From: the human T2T-CHM13v2.0 reference genome, Homo sapiens
Reading direction: 5' to 3' (one strand)
Assembly (NCBI RefSeq): GCF_009914755.1
Contig: NC_060927.1
Length of the DNA: 64,000 nt
Every line of letters starts with the position of its first letter. Positions within the stretch are counted from its first letter, which is position 1. The notes below the pieces were generated by a model. The model made no database searches and had not been told where the DNA came from. It was given only the letters and a program-made list of their open reading frames with translations. Position numbers and translations under genes: made by a program. Shown one piece after another: positions 1 to 14,900 of the stretch.

Positions 1-204
1 GCTAGAAACTATGGGTATAAAGACGACTAAGAAGACAATTCCTACAAGGGGAGAAAATTTTGCAAATCACATTTCTGAAAAGAGACTTGTATTTAGAATA
101 TATAAAAACTCTTCAACTCAATAATAAAAAAGACAGATAACTCAAGTGAAAAATTGGCAAAAGATCTAAATAGACATTTCTCCAAAGAAAATATACAAGT
201 GGTT

Positions 205-694
<490 letters not shown>

Positions 695-1674
695 TTAACC
701 ATCAGGGAAATACAAATTAAAACCACAGTAAGATACCACTTCACATCCTCTATGATGGCTATAATAAAAAAAGACAGACAGTAGCAAGTGCTGGTGAAGA
801 TGTGGAGAAATCAGAGCCCTTCTACATTGCTGGTGGGACTGTAAAACAGTACAGCTGCTTGGGAAACAGTTTGGCAGTTTCCTAGAATGTTAAACATAAA
901 GTTATCACATGACTCAGCAATTCCACTCCTAGGTATATACCCAAGATAAATTAAAACATATGTCTACACAAAAACTTGTATACAATACACATGACTGTAT
1001 ACAAATGCTGTTCATACCAGCATTATTCATAATAGCCAAAAAAGTAGAAATAAACCGAACGTCCATCAACTGATAAATGGGTAAACAAAATGTGGTGTAG
1101 CCACACCATAGATGGTATCCATATATACAATGGAATATTATTCAGGAGAATTGCCTGGGAAGCAAGTTCAGGGTGAGAATGGAGAGCCAAGGGCAGAATC
1201 CTGTGAAGCACCAATACTGAAAAGACAAGTAGCAAAGGAAGGTCTGTGAAGAAAACAGATGGTCAGGAGTAGAAGATTAAGAGAAAGAAGAGTTAATATT
1301 ATGGAAACCAAGGGAAAGTCTTCCAAGAAGGAACTGCATAGCAGAGGCAAATGCTAGAGTGATGTCATCAGTGAAAACCAAGACACAGCCACCAAACACA
1401 GTGGACATCCATGACTGCAATCTGAACACACCAGCTGTGAAGACATTGCCAGAATAATTGAGGAAATAGGAATGTGGAATGTGTGTATAAGATGATACGA
1501 CAGATTTGTTGTTAATTTTCTTGGTTTGATATGATACTATGGGTGTGTAGGAAGATGTTCACTTTTTTAAAAAAAAGCATACTGAATTATTTCAGGGTGA
1601 AACGTTAGAATGTCTATAATGAACAATAATTTAGCAGATAAAATGGATGAAACAAGGCAAAATAGTAACAATGG

Positions 1675-2042
<368 letters not shown>

Positions 2043-3749
2043 AGTAACAATGGTTAAATCTAAGCAACAAGTATATACGTTTATTAATTATACTATTCTC
2101 TCTAGTTTTTTGTCCATTTGAAAACTTTGGAAAATCTGAAGCAATCAACCACACAAACAAAACCTGTAAAGAAGCCACTGGATTAGGCAGTTAGGAGAAC
2201 CCTGATGACACTTGAGAACATAGCTGCAGTTGAGAAGCGGGTGCCACACCCAGATTGTAGGGGATTTGAGGTGAGGCTGGAGAGTGGACACAAACCCTCG
2301 TGCAAGAAGTTTAGCCCGAAATAAAAAAACTAGAGAGGGCAATAAGGTCCCATGATCTTTTTTTTTTTTTTTTTTTTTTAATGCACAGATCTGGGTTTGT
2401 GTACAGGCAGTGGGAAGAAGCCACTAAGAAGCTAAAGATGGAAGGTGTTGCTGAGAGAAATAATGATTCAGGGAGGGAGAGAAGAAAAATTATGAACAAG
2501 AGCTGAGGAAGGGGAGAGGACAGGTCTTTTAAGCTAGGGGTGGAAGGGGATTATTTGATGTGAAGAAAACTGAATGAGCACGAACAAACCTGCAATGTCA
2601 ATATATGGAGCTGTGTTCCATCTCCATTGAGATCAAATGTCTGCAAGTCTATATGTTTATGACACTGAATATATCATCAGAAACAAAGCTGCAAAGTATT
2701 TCCCATCAGTTTCATACATTTTGGGCATTGCATACTGTATTGTCAGGATTGATCCAAGAGAACAGCAGCCATGTGGCTTGCTGGATCGGAGGAAGTTTAG
2801 GGCAAGGAAGTGAATGAATGGCAACAGGAAAGCCATCTGGGGTAAAAGTGGTAATCCTTCCCCACTCAGGGAAAAGATGGGTGATTCACAGCAACCAAGA
2901 CCACGGGAGTATTGGTTAAACCAACACTCCAGTTTACTCTTATGAACCACCTCAGAATCCCTTGGGGTTTCCATTCAAGGGAGCAGGACAGTAGTATCAT
3001 TTGGGGACTTCCAAGCATGGTGTTAGGTCATGAGAGCCAGGGAGGTGGGGATTGTCAACAAGCAGATACAAGGACCCTTGGAGGTTGGGGGAGGAGAAGG
3101 ACTCTGAGCAAATGGGATCAAACAGGTAGAATGTTTCTCCCACAAATTCTCAAAGAGGGTGACTAAGGCTATCACAGCATATATAGTCTTCCCATCCACA
3201 CAGGAGCTTTGTTTCCTGATCTATACCAGCAGAGGTACAGATCAATCCAGGATAATTATCCTCAGCCCCTGTTGGTTGAAGATACCAGGCAAGCTGGGAC
3301 CGACACAGAAAATGGACCAATATCTTGAGCAATCTTAACAGAGCCAGGACCAGGCATGGATCAAAGTACAACTCTCCTTCTGGATAAAGAAATATCCACA
3401 AAAATCTGCTTCGAACATCATATCATCTTGAGACAGTTCCATGGCTCAGATTCGTGTTGTTTTCTCCTTTGTCTTTGTGCCCCAGAGACGTGTTCCATTT
3501 TGTAAATGACACGGATGAGGACACCATTCTCTTGTCAGTGATTCTCAAACTTTTTCACCCAAGGGCCTCTAACAGTAGAAGAGAGAAAACATTGATGCTG
3601 GGAATTTTGAGGGACTTGCATCTAATCAATATGTCCAAAGCACAAAATCGATTCCATGTCTCCTGGTTACCTTAGGAACCCAGGTGTACTTTGTATTCTA
3701 GTAACAGCAGGACAGGAGACCTCCAACTGTGGTCCACTTTGGCTATGTT

Positions 3750-4579
3750 TTAGTTGGCTGCTGTTTTCTGTTGCTGCTGTAGTAAGTCACCGAAAACTTG
3801 GTGGCTTAACACACACAGTTATCTTACAGTTCCATAGGTCAGAAGTCCATCATGGGTCCCACTGGGCTAAAATCAAAGTGTCTACAGCTCTGTGTTTCCT
3901 TCTGGAGGCTTAGGGGAGAATCCCTTTCCCTACCCTTCCCAGCTTCTAGAGACTGTCCTGATTCCTTGGCTCATGGCTTCCTTCCTCCATCTTCTTCTTC
4001 TATTTATTTATTTATTTTGAGACATGGTCTTGCTCTGTCACCCAGATTGGAGTGCAGTGGAACAATCACAACTCACTACAGCCTCAACCTCCAAGGCTGA
4101 AATGATCCTCTTGCCTCAGCCTCCTGAATAACTGGGACCACAGGCACATGCCACCACACCTGGCTAATTTTTTGTTTTTATTTTTTGTAGATGTGGGGTC
4201 TCACTGTGTTTCCCAGGCTGATCTCAAACTCCTGGGCTCAAGTGATCCTCCTGCCTTGGCCTCCAAAAGTGCTGAGATTACAGGCTTGAGCCACTGCACC
4301 CAGCTCTTCCATCTTCAAAGCCAGCATTGTGCATTTCTCTGACCTTTCTTCATAGTCATGTCTCTCTCTCACTAACTACAATTGGGAAAGGTCCTCTGCT
4401 TTTAAGGACTCAAGATTATATTATGCTTATTCAGATCTTGCAGGATAATTTCCCCACCTCAAGGTCCATAATCTTAATCACATCTGCAAAGCCTCTCTTG
4501 CCATGTAAGGTAACATATTCACATGATCTTGGAATTAGGACCTGGACATCTTTGGGGGTCCATTATTCTGTCTATCACA
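3750..4579. mobile_element. MLT1 (ERVL-MaLR) LTR interrupted by an antisense AluJ
   Basis: MLT1 text (CTTACAGTTC...AGGTCAGAAGTCC; TTGCCATGTAAGGTAACATATTCACA). Confidence 0.75.
4001..4304 (-). mobile_element. AluJ
   Basis: Antisense Alu with J-type divergence. Confidence 0.9.
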
Positions 4580-5784
4580 GCTGCTATTGCAAGAAGTCCT
4601 GCTGTTAATCCTAGGGAAGAAATTAAGGAAATTCTCATCTTCCTGAGAGGGGAGGCAGGCCTATGGTATTTCCAGACACTTCTTGTCATCTAGAGATCTA
4701 AGCTTAACTGTATATTGCTAAGAGTCATCAACCTCTCTCACATGAACTACCAAGAACTTTTGCAAAAGAAGCTGGAGAAGACTTTGTGTTGGGATAAGTT
4801 GGAAAAATGGGGCACCCACTCCAGATAGATGTATGGCTTAGGAAGAAGCTCTAGTGGTTTCTGTGGGAAAGGGAGGCACAGTGTTCCCAGATGGCAGAAC
4901 TTTTTTTTTTTTTAATGGCTTTGGGAGGGTTGGTAAAGGTCAGTCCTGTGACACAGATATGGAGGAGCAACCACAGGGCTACCCTTGGCTATGGCTGCAA
5001 GGGCCTGGACAGCTGATGTTGGACTACATGCTGGGAACAGGTGAGCTCTGGCCCATGGTGGTGTATACATGGGGGCATGAAGAAATGAGGGCTTCTGCTC
5101 GGCCTGCAGCTCATTCTCTCCTAGACTTTTCTTTTCTCAACCCATCTATTTGCATGTGAGATTCATAGTGCTTCTGCTAATTCAACTTTGACCCTATTTT
5201 ATGTAAACTAATTATCCTGGCCTTACTATGCAAGGACAGTATTCTCCCATCTCTTTCCTGGGTTCCATCTCTTAGCTTCCCTGTGTTGGCATATTACTTC
5301 TCCCTGAGCTCAGAAAGGCTGCTTATGGTTGTGGTGCATGGGTGTGTGTGTGGGTGTGTCTTGGGGTGGGAGGTGGGAGGCTGGTAGTGCTTAACCTACG
5401 ATAGGTTCCAATGCTAGTTTCCTTCCCATCCCTCCCTTGCCCATTCTAACAGCTTAGTTTTCCCCCAGGCCCTCACCCACCAAATCATTGTGACAACTGA
5501 AGACACCCCCATGGATTTCCCAAAGACCTCCCGGGGGACAAGGCCACCCCCACTGAGAATGTCTGCTCAGAAGGGTATGAGTGGAAGGCAATGTCTGTTC
5601 CCGGCAGGGCTTCGGGGGCAGTTTCTGGCTTACAGAGGCTGAAGAAATTTCCTGGAATAATACCTACTGGGCTCCACTGCTCTAAATAGTGGCTGTGATT
5701 TCTTACCAGTTAAAGCAATCACCTCTCTCTGAAGCTCCTGTTGTTTAACCTTTGGCCATGATATATCCAAGGTGGGGCTCACCT

Positions 5785-5935
5785 CAGAGAGTCTCCACCC
5801 TGGCTGCACGTTGAAATCACAGGGTACCTTTAAAAAATACTGATACCCAGGTGTCACCCCAGACAGTCTGATTAAACAGGCCTGGTCCTCTAGCTATTTT
5901 AACACTCCTGGTGATTAGCCAGAGCTGATAACCTG
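5785..5935. mobile_element. MER5A-like hAT-Charlie MITE
   Basis: CCCTGGCTGCACGTTGAAATCAC...TTTAAAAAATACTGATACCCAGG. Confidence 0.65.
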
Positions 5936-6414
5936 TTATTAGGGGATTTTCTCTGTGAATAACCTTGACGCTGGAGTGAGGAAGGGCTTAGCAGCATTGA
6001 AATAAACGCTTCCCATTGGCTGGAGAAATTTCCTCGTGAGCCACTCCTCCTTTAATTTATCCCACCCTTTCTCCTTTCCTCCCTTCTACCCATTTTTGTT
6101 ATAATTATTTAGAATTAATCATACAGTTCCCTTTCATTCATCCAAGCTATTACTCTGTTGCAACAAAGGTCAGGATGAAAAGGGCAGCGCGGTTGGCAGC
6201 TCCATATTTTTACTTCCTCTTGGTGTAAAGTTTTACTGAATAAAGGGAGTGCTACAGTGAGACGCTCAGACGAGGGGTAAATAGGAAATGAGCCAGTGCC
6301 CAGCTGGGCTCAGCCTGGTCCACTCCACATTGCCAGCCATCAGACTTTCTAGAAAACACAGGCTGAAGGCACCCCTGCTGCCTCTCAAACTCTCCGAGGT
6401 TTTTTGTTTTGTTT

Positions 6415-6418
<4 letters not shown>

Positions 6419-6462
<44 letters not shown>
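6419..6462. repeat. (TG)22 microsatellite
   Basis: Direct reading. Confidence 0.95.
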
Positions 6463-6463
<1 letters not shown>

Positions 6464-7139
6464 TGCAATGCTCACACATGAAGAAGGCCAAACCTCAAGC
6501 TTTCTTCACGTACCTGTACATTTCAGTCTCTGAAAGAAAGCACTGTCTACTACGAATGTTTTATTCTGCCATCTGCCTGGTGGAAATTACTGAGGGAAAC
6601 AGCTGGTTCAGCACTTCCGCCACTAGCTTTTATAAAGGAAGAACCAAAGAACTGTTCCTCATCAGTTGTGAAGCCTAGGTTTCAGAATGCACTGCTTTTA
6701 TATTCTCATGAAAATTACCAAAGCATATTCAAGTTAGTTGTCACTGTTTCAAACGCCACACAGTTGATGAGTTACATATGCGTGGGCTGCATGGCATTTC
6801 TGCAGTCATGGGAATTGTAGTTGTGCATCTTAGACTCTATGCTCCTAGTGTTAGGGTTACAGACAAAATGTGAGTAGAGAAATTGTCTCTACTTTCAAAG
6901 GTGGTGGGGTGATGTGCTTCTTGGTTTAAAAAATTAAAAGTATAATTTGTGGCCAGAGGAGCAATAGTTTATGGCTCATTTGAACCTGATCTGAATTCAT
7001 TAAGACAGTCTTGACTTGACTGGACAAGACATAATTTGATCTGAGTATATATAGAGCCATAGAGGCATGTACACATATATTTCTATAATATATAGTCTCT
7101 TAGCATATGTTTAACCTAAGGAAGGACCACGCTGTGTAA

Positions 7140-7626
7140 AATACATTATACACGGGCCTGTTTGGTTTCAGACTCCTTCCTCACCCTTCACCTACTCTGC
7201 TCTTTGTCTTACCAGTGCCCACTTTTGCAAACAGATTTCTCTGGCTGCCAGGTCACCTAGGCTCCGGCTGGGCTCAGCCAATGAGAAACACTGGAAGGCA
7301 GGAGGAAGGAAAAGACCAGGGTTTCTCTCCCTAAGCCTCTCAGATGTGGATGGTGCGTCTGACAGTAGCAGAGGCCTGGCTCCAGTTCCTGCCAGAAAGG
7401 CTGCCATGGTTGTGGCTGTTCTCAGTGACCCTAGTCCCTGGACATTGGTAACACCATCTCCTCCAATGGTTCCTTCAGTCCAGGATTGGGAGTGACTTCC
7501 TGCTGTCACTATTCTTAGCTTCTCAGATTCTCTGTCACCTGTGTAACCAAGTCTCTATATTATATTCCTTCTGTTATAAATACATGTAATGGTTTCTCTT
7601 GTTCTGATTAGACCCTGACTGATACA
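7140..7626. mobile_element. ERVL LTR (LTR33/LTR16-like)
   Basis: GGCTCAGCCAATGAGAAACACTGG and terminal CCCTGACTGATACA. Confidence 0.55.
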
Positions 7627-9190
7627 TATGTCATGGTTAAAACACATTTTCCTTTAACATAGATTACCCATTAGTAGATTATTTAATTACAGTTGTGGTT
7701 GCCAATCTATTATTATTTGTAATTATTTGTTTGAAGGGTAGTTCTTAATCTATTGAAGTTATTTGTATTTGCCCATAACATTTTAAAATGCTTAAATATC
7801 ATAAATGCTTGTGAATTCCACCATCTTGAGCTTCAAAGGAGTGGCCTAATTTTACTATATATGGTCATATGGTAAATGTAATGGAAATGATAAATCATAA
7901 GCCCGTGAATAATTGTTATTCATAATGGAACTGCTACTGTATTTTGTAGAAATAGCCCACATCTATTCTTGAGCTAATATACATGCTGATTTCCAGCAAT
8001 AGTGCCATGGAGGAATTATCCAGTAGTAGTTACAGTAAAAGAAATGCTCATAATAGCTTTGGAACTTGGAAGTAATTATATCTTCCTCTTTAAGTGATTT
8101 ATTTTTATCATTACTTGCAGTGTCTTTCCTGAACCTTAGCCTAAAATCCTCTCTCCTGCTGACTGCAAATTTAGATCCTTCCAGGAGGGGAATGCATTAG
8201 TAGAATATCGTCAAAGGGCCCTCAACTAAAGCAAGTCAATGTGGCTACCATTTCCTTTCTTCCCTCCTTTTCTCGTCTTACTCAAGCTTAAAGGACTGTA
8301 CAAGTGTAAGTAAAGCACATAAACGAGCTAGGATTTCAAACATGGAACCTGGCACTGTATCTGTCAAGAGCCAATGAGTATCTGATTAAAGATGGCAGAT
8401 AAGCACACTTGATTTATCCTCACCAAGACCCCACTAAAATGATAGTAATGGCATTTAAAAAGTGATAATCACCATAGTAATGGTAAAGGGACTCCCGGCA
8501 GAGAAGCAATTTTACAGAATTTCTGGAGGGTAAACAGTGGATGGAGAAGTGGAGGTAGAAGAAAGATAAAGGAAGCCAAACTATATTACAAGAGTAAGGG
8601 TGGGGGAGGCTAGAACTGAGGAGGAAATCTTTGCAATGCAAAATCTAAGAGACTAGGCAACTCATAAACATCAGCTGAGAGAGTGATGGGGCTGAAATCA
8701 CCATGATTCATGAAATACCCCAAAGGAGCACTTAGCCTTTCACCCCACTTGGCAGCCAGACAGGCCCTCCTCTACCTTTTCTCCCTCACTCCACTAAAAA
8801 TCTGACAGACTTGCTCTTCTCTCTAAAAATGAGGTGGCCCCAAAAATGAAACTCCTGATATCCTGACATTTAGGAATTCCCTAGCTAAATAGCTGAGTCC
8901 CTACCAAGTAATTATAATGCAAGTAATAGAAGCAGCAAATAGTTATAAAACACTGCAATTAGTACATTATATATTAATTCATTTAATATTCACAACTCTA
9001 GGAAGAAACTAAAGCACAGAGTGCTGTTTGAGATCATGCAGCAGTTAACCGCTAAATCACCACAAGGTTAAATCACCACTAGTAAGCTCATTCCAGGTGC
9101 AAAAAACAAGCAAACAAACAAACAAAAAACCCCAAAGCCAATTAGCACCTTATTGTCTCATTCTGAATTAAAGACAACTGAGGATGATCA

Positions 9191-9550
<360 letters not shown>

Positions 9551-11087
9551 TCAGAGCATTGTTAGAAGCCCTTGGATATTTAAAACATTTACAAAAATAT
9601 CTCTATATATTTTTAAACAAAAGCATTAGAATATAAATTCAAAGAAATCTCCCAAAGAGGACAAAAAGATAGAAATCATAAAACGAAAGAGTCTTAGAGG
9701 GCTAATCCAGGATGCTCCACAGCTGACTAATAGTAGTGACAGTAAGAGAAAATGCATATTGAGAAATAGAAGACATTTCCTAGAGCTGAAGGACATGAGT
9801 CCATTAGACATAGAATCATTACGTTTACACATCGGGGATAAGAAAAGATCCTCTATGACATTTGTAGTCTGTGTTGTGACTAAAATGAAGTCTTTTGTGC
9901 TTTCTTTATAGGTTTAGTCTAGGAGTTGAAAATGAGTAACAGGGCTTACATTATGGTGACCATGAAAAATATTGTAGGTTTAGTAACCACTCTGATTATA
10001 TTTCTTTTCTTGTATAGTCTTTTGGTTTTTTTCACTGGAGTTTGTATTTGCCTTTCTGAGCATCTTTGTCATCATTTTATCCCTCAAGTTTATTCAGTCT
10101 CCTTATGTAATCAGTAATTCTATCAAATCCTCTTCTTTGCTCCTGAGACCTCACCTACTTCAATTTGGACGTCTTGCTCTCTGGGTCTTCACTGGATTAA
10201 ATTGCTTGGAGTCTACATTTTGTTCTTTCTGGTCTTAATTCCTTGGTTTGCTGAAACAGATCCTCAGGTAACTTCTTTAGAAAGGATGTATAGGTGATCA
10301 ATTTTCTTTGACATCATATTTAATTATCACCTTTAATTGATATATGAGTCAAAAGTGTATTTTTAGTTTGAAAATTGTTTTTTTCTTGAAACATGGAAAA
10401 ATTGTTCCAATGCCTTCTAGCATCAAGTGTTGCTAAGAAAAGTTCTGATAAAATTCAAATTTTCATTCTGTTGGTAAGAACATTCCTTTCCTCTACTCTC
10501 ACTCTCTTAAAATGAATACAGCATGCGCTAGCAATATAAGCATATTGCTTAAAGATATGGAGATGTCTACCAGAAGAAATGTCTAAAAAGGTAAGAAACG
10601 ATTGCCTTTGTACAGTAGTACTGGAGAAGACAGTTCACCATTGCTTTATTTATTTTTTCTTAACAATGTGCATTATTATTTTGAAAAAAATTTATATTAT
10701 AAAACGTGGGTTGCTAAACTATAAAGAAAAGCCAGTGAAAGATTATCACACAGGGTAGGGTTGTGTTATCTCTAGGTCAGGGAGGTGGTTGTGCTCAGAA
10801 CTCAGAAAGGAATGCTAGGGGCTCCTAGAGAACTGACATTACTGTTATTTGACTTGAGAAGTAATTGACCAGTTGCTTGCTTCATACTTATCCTTTAAAT
10901 GGTACAACCATGTTTTATGAATGCTCCTAATATACAATTCACAATTTTTAAAAAGAGGCATATGACATACATTCATTCCAAATGCCAATGTAAATGTCTG
11001 GTCCAAGTCAGCTTAGCAAAATAAAAATTGTCTTGCAAAGATAAAATTATCAATACTTTTCTTTAATAGTACAAAAACATATATCAG

Positions 11088-11387
11088 ACCAGGCATGGTG
11101 GAGAGAAAGTTCCCTCCCTAGGACTTTGGGAGGCTGAGGCAGGAAGATTGCTTGAGGCCAGGGGTTCATGACCAGACAGATCCTATCTGGGCAACATAGT
11201 GACCCTGTCACTACAAAAAAAAATTTTTAAAGCCAGGCACAGTGGCACATGCCTGTAGTCCTAGTTACGTGGGAGACTGAGGCAGGAGGATTACTTGAGC
11301 CTGGGAGTTAGCTGTAATCATTCCACTGCACTCCAGCCTGGGTAACAGAGCAAGACTCTGTCTCTTAAAAAAAAAAAAAAAAAAAAA
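11088..11387 (+). mobile_element. Degenerate AluJ
   Basis: Alu body and poly(A), with several indels. Confidence 0.85.
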
Positions 11388-11639
11388 GTATTGTCATTAA
11401 TTTTCCCTTTTCGCTTTTCTCAGATTCAATATTATAGGTTGAAAATGTTAAATATTAAGTGCAATCGTGATCTAACAATTCATTTATAGATGAGTTAAGC
11501 TTATATTTTTGAGGGGTTTTTAAATCCCATGGGAGAGGAAGATACCATTTGAACCTCAGGTTGTTGGAGATTTCAATACAAAGATAAAGTCTTGTTTTTG
11601 TAAGGTTTTGTTTCTAGAGGTTTACTTCTCATTATTTAA

Positions 11640-11940
11640 TTCAGTTCCATATTGACTGAGTACTTGAGACCTACCAAGAATTCATTTACCCAATAAATAT
11701 GCCAGGCATGGTTTTGGCCTAATGCTGCAGACAAAGTCCTTGCTCTCACCAAGCTTACACTCTAGGGGAGCAGGGGAGGCAGATAGTCAGCAATTCAATA
11801 AATAATTTTTTTATATATCAAGTGATAAAGAAAAATAGAGCAGAAAAAGAAGCTAGAGTGGAGAGAGTGGGCTGCTATTTCATGCAGAAACCCAAATGAA
11901 GTGAGAGAGGGAGACGTGTGGCTATCTGGGATGTATAATC
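11640..11940. mobile_element. L2 fragment
   Basis: TATGCCAGGCATGG...GACAAAGTCCTTGCTCTCACCAAGCTTACACTCTAG. Confidence 0.6.
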
Positions 11941-14900
11941 CCAGCACCTGCCTCCTTCTGGGGTTACACAAATAAATATGTCTGTGTCCTCAAGGTATGT
12001 ATAGACTATGAAAGAACCCATGATAATCTGAACTCTCAGAATCAGAATGTTGTAGAAGGGGTAAGATTCAGAGTATGTTTAGAGTGAAGATATATAGATG
12101 GAGGGAAGGTCAATGGGAGGGCTTCAAGTTTAAGAGAGAGATGAGTAAGCAGGCAAGAACAGATGAAGCATTTCATAAAGGGAAAGCCAGCTAGGGTTGG
12201 CTCAAGGAATAGCTAGGAAAATGGGGTGATGATGGTATACATGGGTGAAGGGAACTGGGGGAGAACTTAAAGCAAAATGAATTATAGGCATAATACATGA
12301 CAAATGGGGTAAGCCAGAGAGTGGACGAGAGGGATGGATGATCTTTGCCACAAAGCAGCTCTCTAGGCAGAGTAGAGAGTGAAGCCTGTATTTTCCCCAG
12401 ATGAAGGAGTGGCCCCGCTGAGCTGGGCCACTACATGCTGCAGCCATAAAAGCCATATCTCTGATCACAGCGAACTCACAGGCCAGTGAGCCCAGATATC
12501 AAGCATGCACAGACAAAGGAAACCTGAAGACACTCGACTGCAAAATTGAAGGTAACATAAGAACCCCCAAATAAGACTAAGCTGCCTTCAGTCTTAGTAG
12601 TACTAGTTTGCATGCCAAACAAATGAACAAACAAACCAACAAACCCTGACCTCCCCTTCCCCCATCCCCAAACCTTGAAAAGTAGCAGAGTATGTGCAGA
12701 CCATGATGAAGGAGTTTCAGGGCATAATGCACAGCAAAACTTCCTCCAGACAGACAAGAGTCCCTTCGTCCCAAATCCCTCAGTTCACCAGGGGTGTTTA
12801 AGCCCAGAGGCTCTCTCTTTTCTCCTCCCCATCAATCTCTCTGTCTCTGTCACCTTCACCATTTCTCTTCTACCGCCTCCTCTTTCTTTCTCTCCAAACC
12901 AAGCCCTCAGACCTCAACCCAACCCTCTCTTCTTTCCATGAGTTCTGGCCCTTCCCCCTGAGGGTGATGCCCCTTTTTCATCTTTCCCCTTTTGCATCAC
13001 TTACCCCCAAGCTTCCTCCAACCCACACCTCTTAGAAAGTAGAGAAAAGTAAAGAATTCTAAAATTTCTCATTGAATGTCTTCACTCTTGTTACTAACCA
13101 AAAAGCAAAAGACATTAGAACTCATGGAAGAAAATTGAGAATCAATTACCTACCAATACAATAGATATTTCAGTTTTCCAGAGGGAAAGGGCATTGGGAA
13201 GGGGGGAAGGGGAGAAGGGGGAAGAAGGAAAGAGAGAACAATGGCTCCACTATCATTTGTATGTATGTATGTTTCTCCCATGGATTATGGACCATGCCAC
13301 ACATTGCTGAAGCCTGTATCTTCCACAGCGCCTTAGCAGGTAGAAATACTTGAATGAATGAGTGAATGAATAAATGGACACATGAGCATAGCAAATGAGG
13401 CATTGAGTGCAGTGAGATTGCTCCTAGCTGTCTGATGACAGTCCTGGTTCACTGTTACTCACTGTAGTTGGAGACAGCTTCTTGGAAGCTATCCTGGACT
13501 CCAGCAGTTATCTCCAGGAACACTCTAGTTGTTCCTCCGGCAAGTGTGGTCTTGCAGAACAACATGATCATCAGCTAACTGCTGCAGGAATTCATAAGCC
13601 ACCTTATGAAGTCAACACTTGGGTATCTGGTCTTATCCCAAAATTTCTTCAACTCAGGCCCTCTTGGTTGGACTTGTTGATTTCGTAAGTCAATAATCCC
13701 TTCACACTCTTACAAATAGTGTGGATTAAGTGGTATCAAGGTATAATCTCTTTCAAAGTTCTGTGCACAATACACACAATGCTTGTATCTCAAAGTTAAC
13801 TTTTAAAAAATACCATAAACGTTATTACAAGGAAATCATTACTAACCTACAAAACCCTTAACACTCAGTATATCCCACGTGAGCTGCCTGCTAATCCTCT
13901 TTAAACCCTGCTCTCAGCATGGAATTCCTGAGCTGAAAACCCAGCTGCCCAGTGTCTGAAAAACTCTATACAGCATTGAAAGCTGGTCCCACTTTCCAGG
14001 CCACACTCCATGCATTCCCCATTGCTTCCAACATGCTGCCTCGCAATCAGGTGGTGGCCATTCTCATCTCTGTCCCTTTGTCCAGCCAGCTTCTTCTTCC
14101 CTGGAGTTTCTCTCTCTTTCCCCTCCTCTCTCTCCCAGCTGACTGAAATGGAGAAATTGGATGGGCAAAAGTTTCCTCCTAGAAGCTCTCTTCCAGGGAG
14201 CCTTCCTGACTGGTCCAGTCCTTGTAGCTTTCTGGGCTCCCTACATCCTCCCTTGCTCATGGTCAGCACAGCCCCACCTCGGGATTCATCGGCATATCTC
14301 TCCAGGCAGGCAGTACCTTCCTCCTGGAAGTACCCATATCTTTTACTTCTCTCTGTCTCTCAGAATACTTAACACATTGCTTTTTGCATAATGGCTATTA
14401 CTGCAAAACTCTGATTGAGTCAGAGGAACTAAATCCATTTGTTTAAGGACTTGCAGTTCATCCTGTTGTTCCTCAGATGATGGGCACTGGGAGAATGATG
14501 GGCACTGGGAGAATGATAGGCGTAACCAAGATGGAGGGTCTAGGCCTAATTCCAGGCCTCTTTCTCACGATTCTTCTTGAAGATCCTGTTTTCATCTTAT
14601 TTTTAGGATGGGTAGTGGAGCACATGGCAAGATCCTAAGAAGTCATGTTTCCACTAAATTAATATATGCACACATTGTTATAAACTAAGCTATACATGCT
14701 TAGTTTATATTCTCTTAGAATTTCTAAGAGGTAAAGATTACAATGAGAGGAAGGAGAGTTGAGGAAGCTCTCCTCAAAGTACAAGCACTCCTCTCTTTCC
14801 AGGGAATCTCATAGATTACATTATAGAGATAAATGTGGGTAACAGGTAAGAATGCTGTGTAATAGCAATACCCAGAGGCAAAGAATGTCACATTCCTGTA

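Noticed and set aside
9900-9990. Possible extra exon after TTTCTTTATAG
   Set aside because: No convincing donor nearby, and it lies among old L1 debris.
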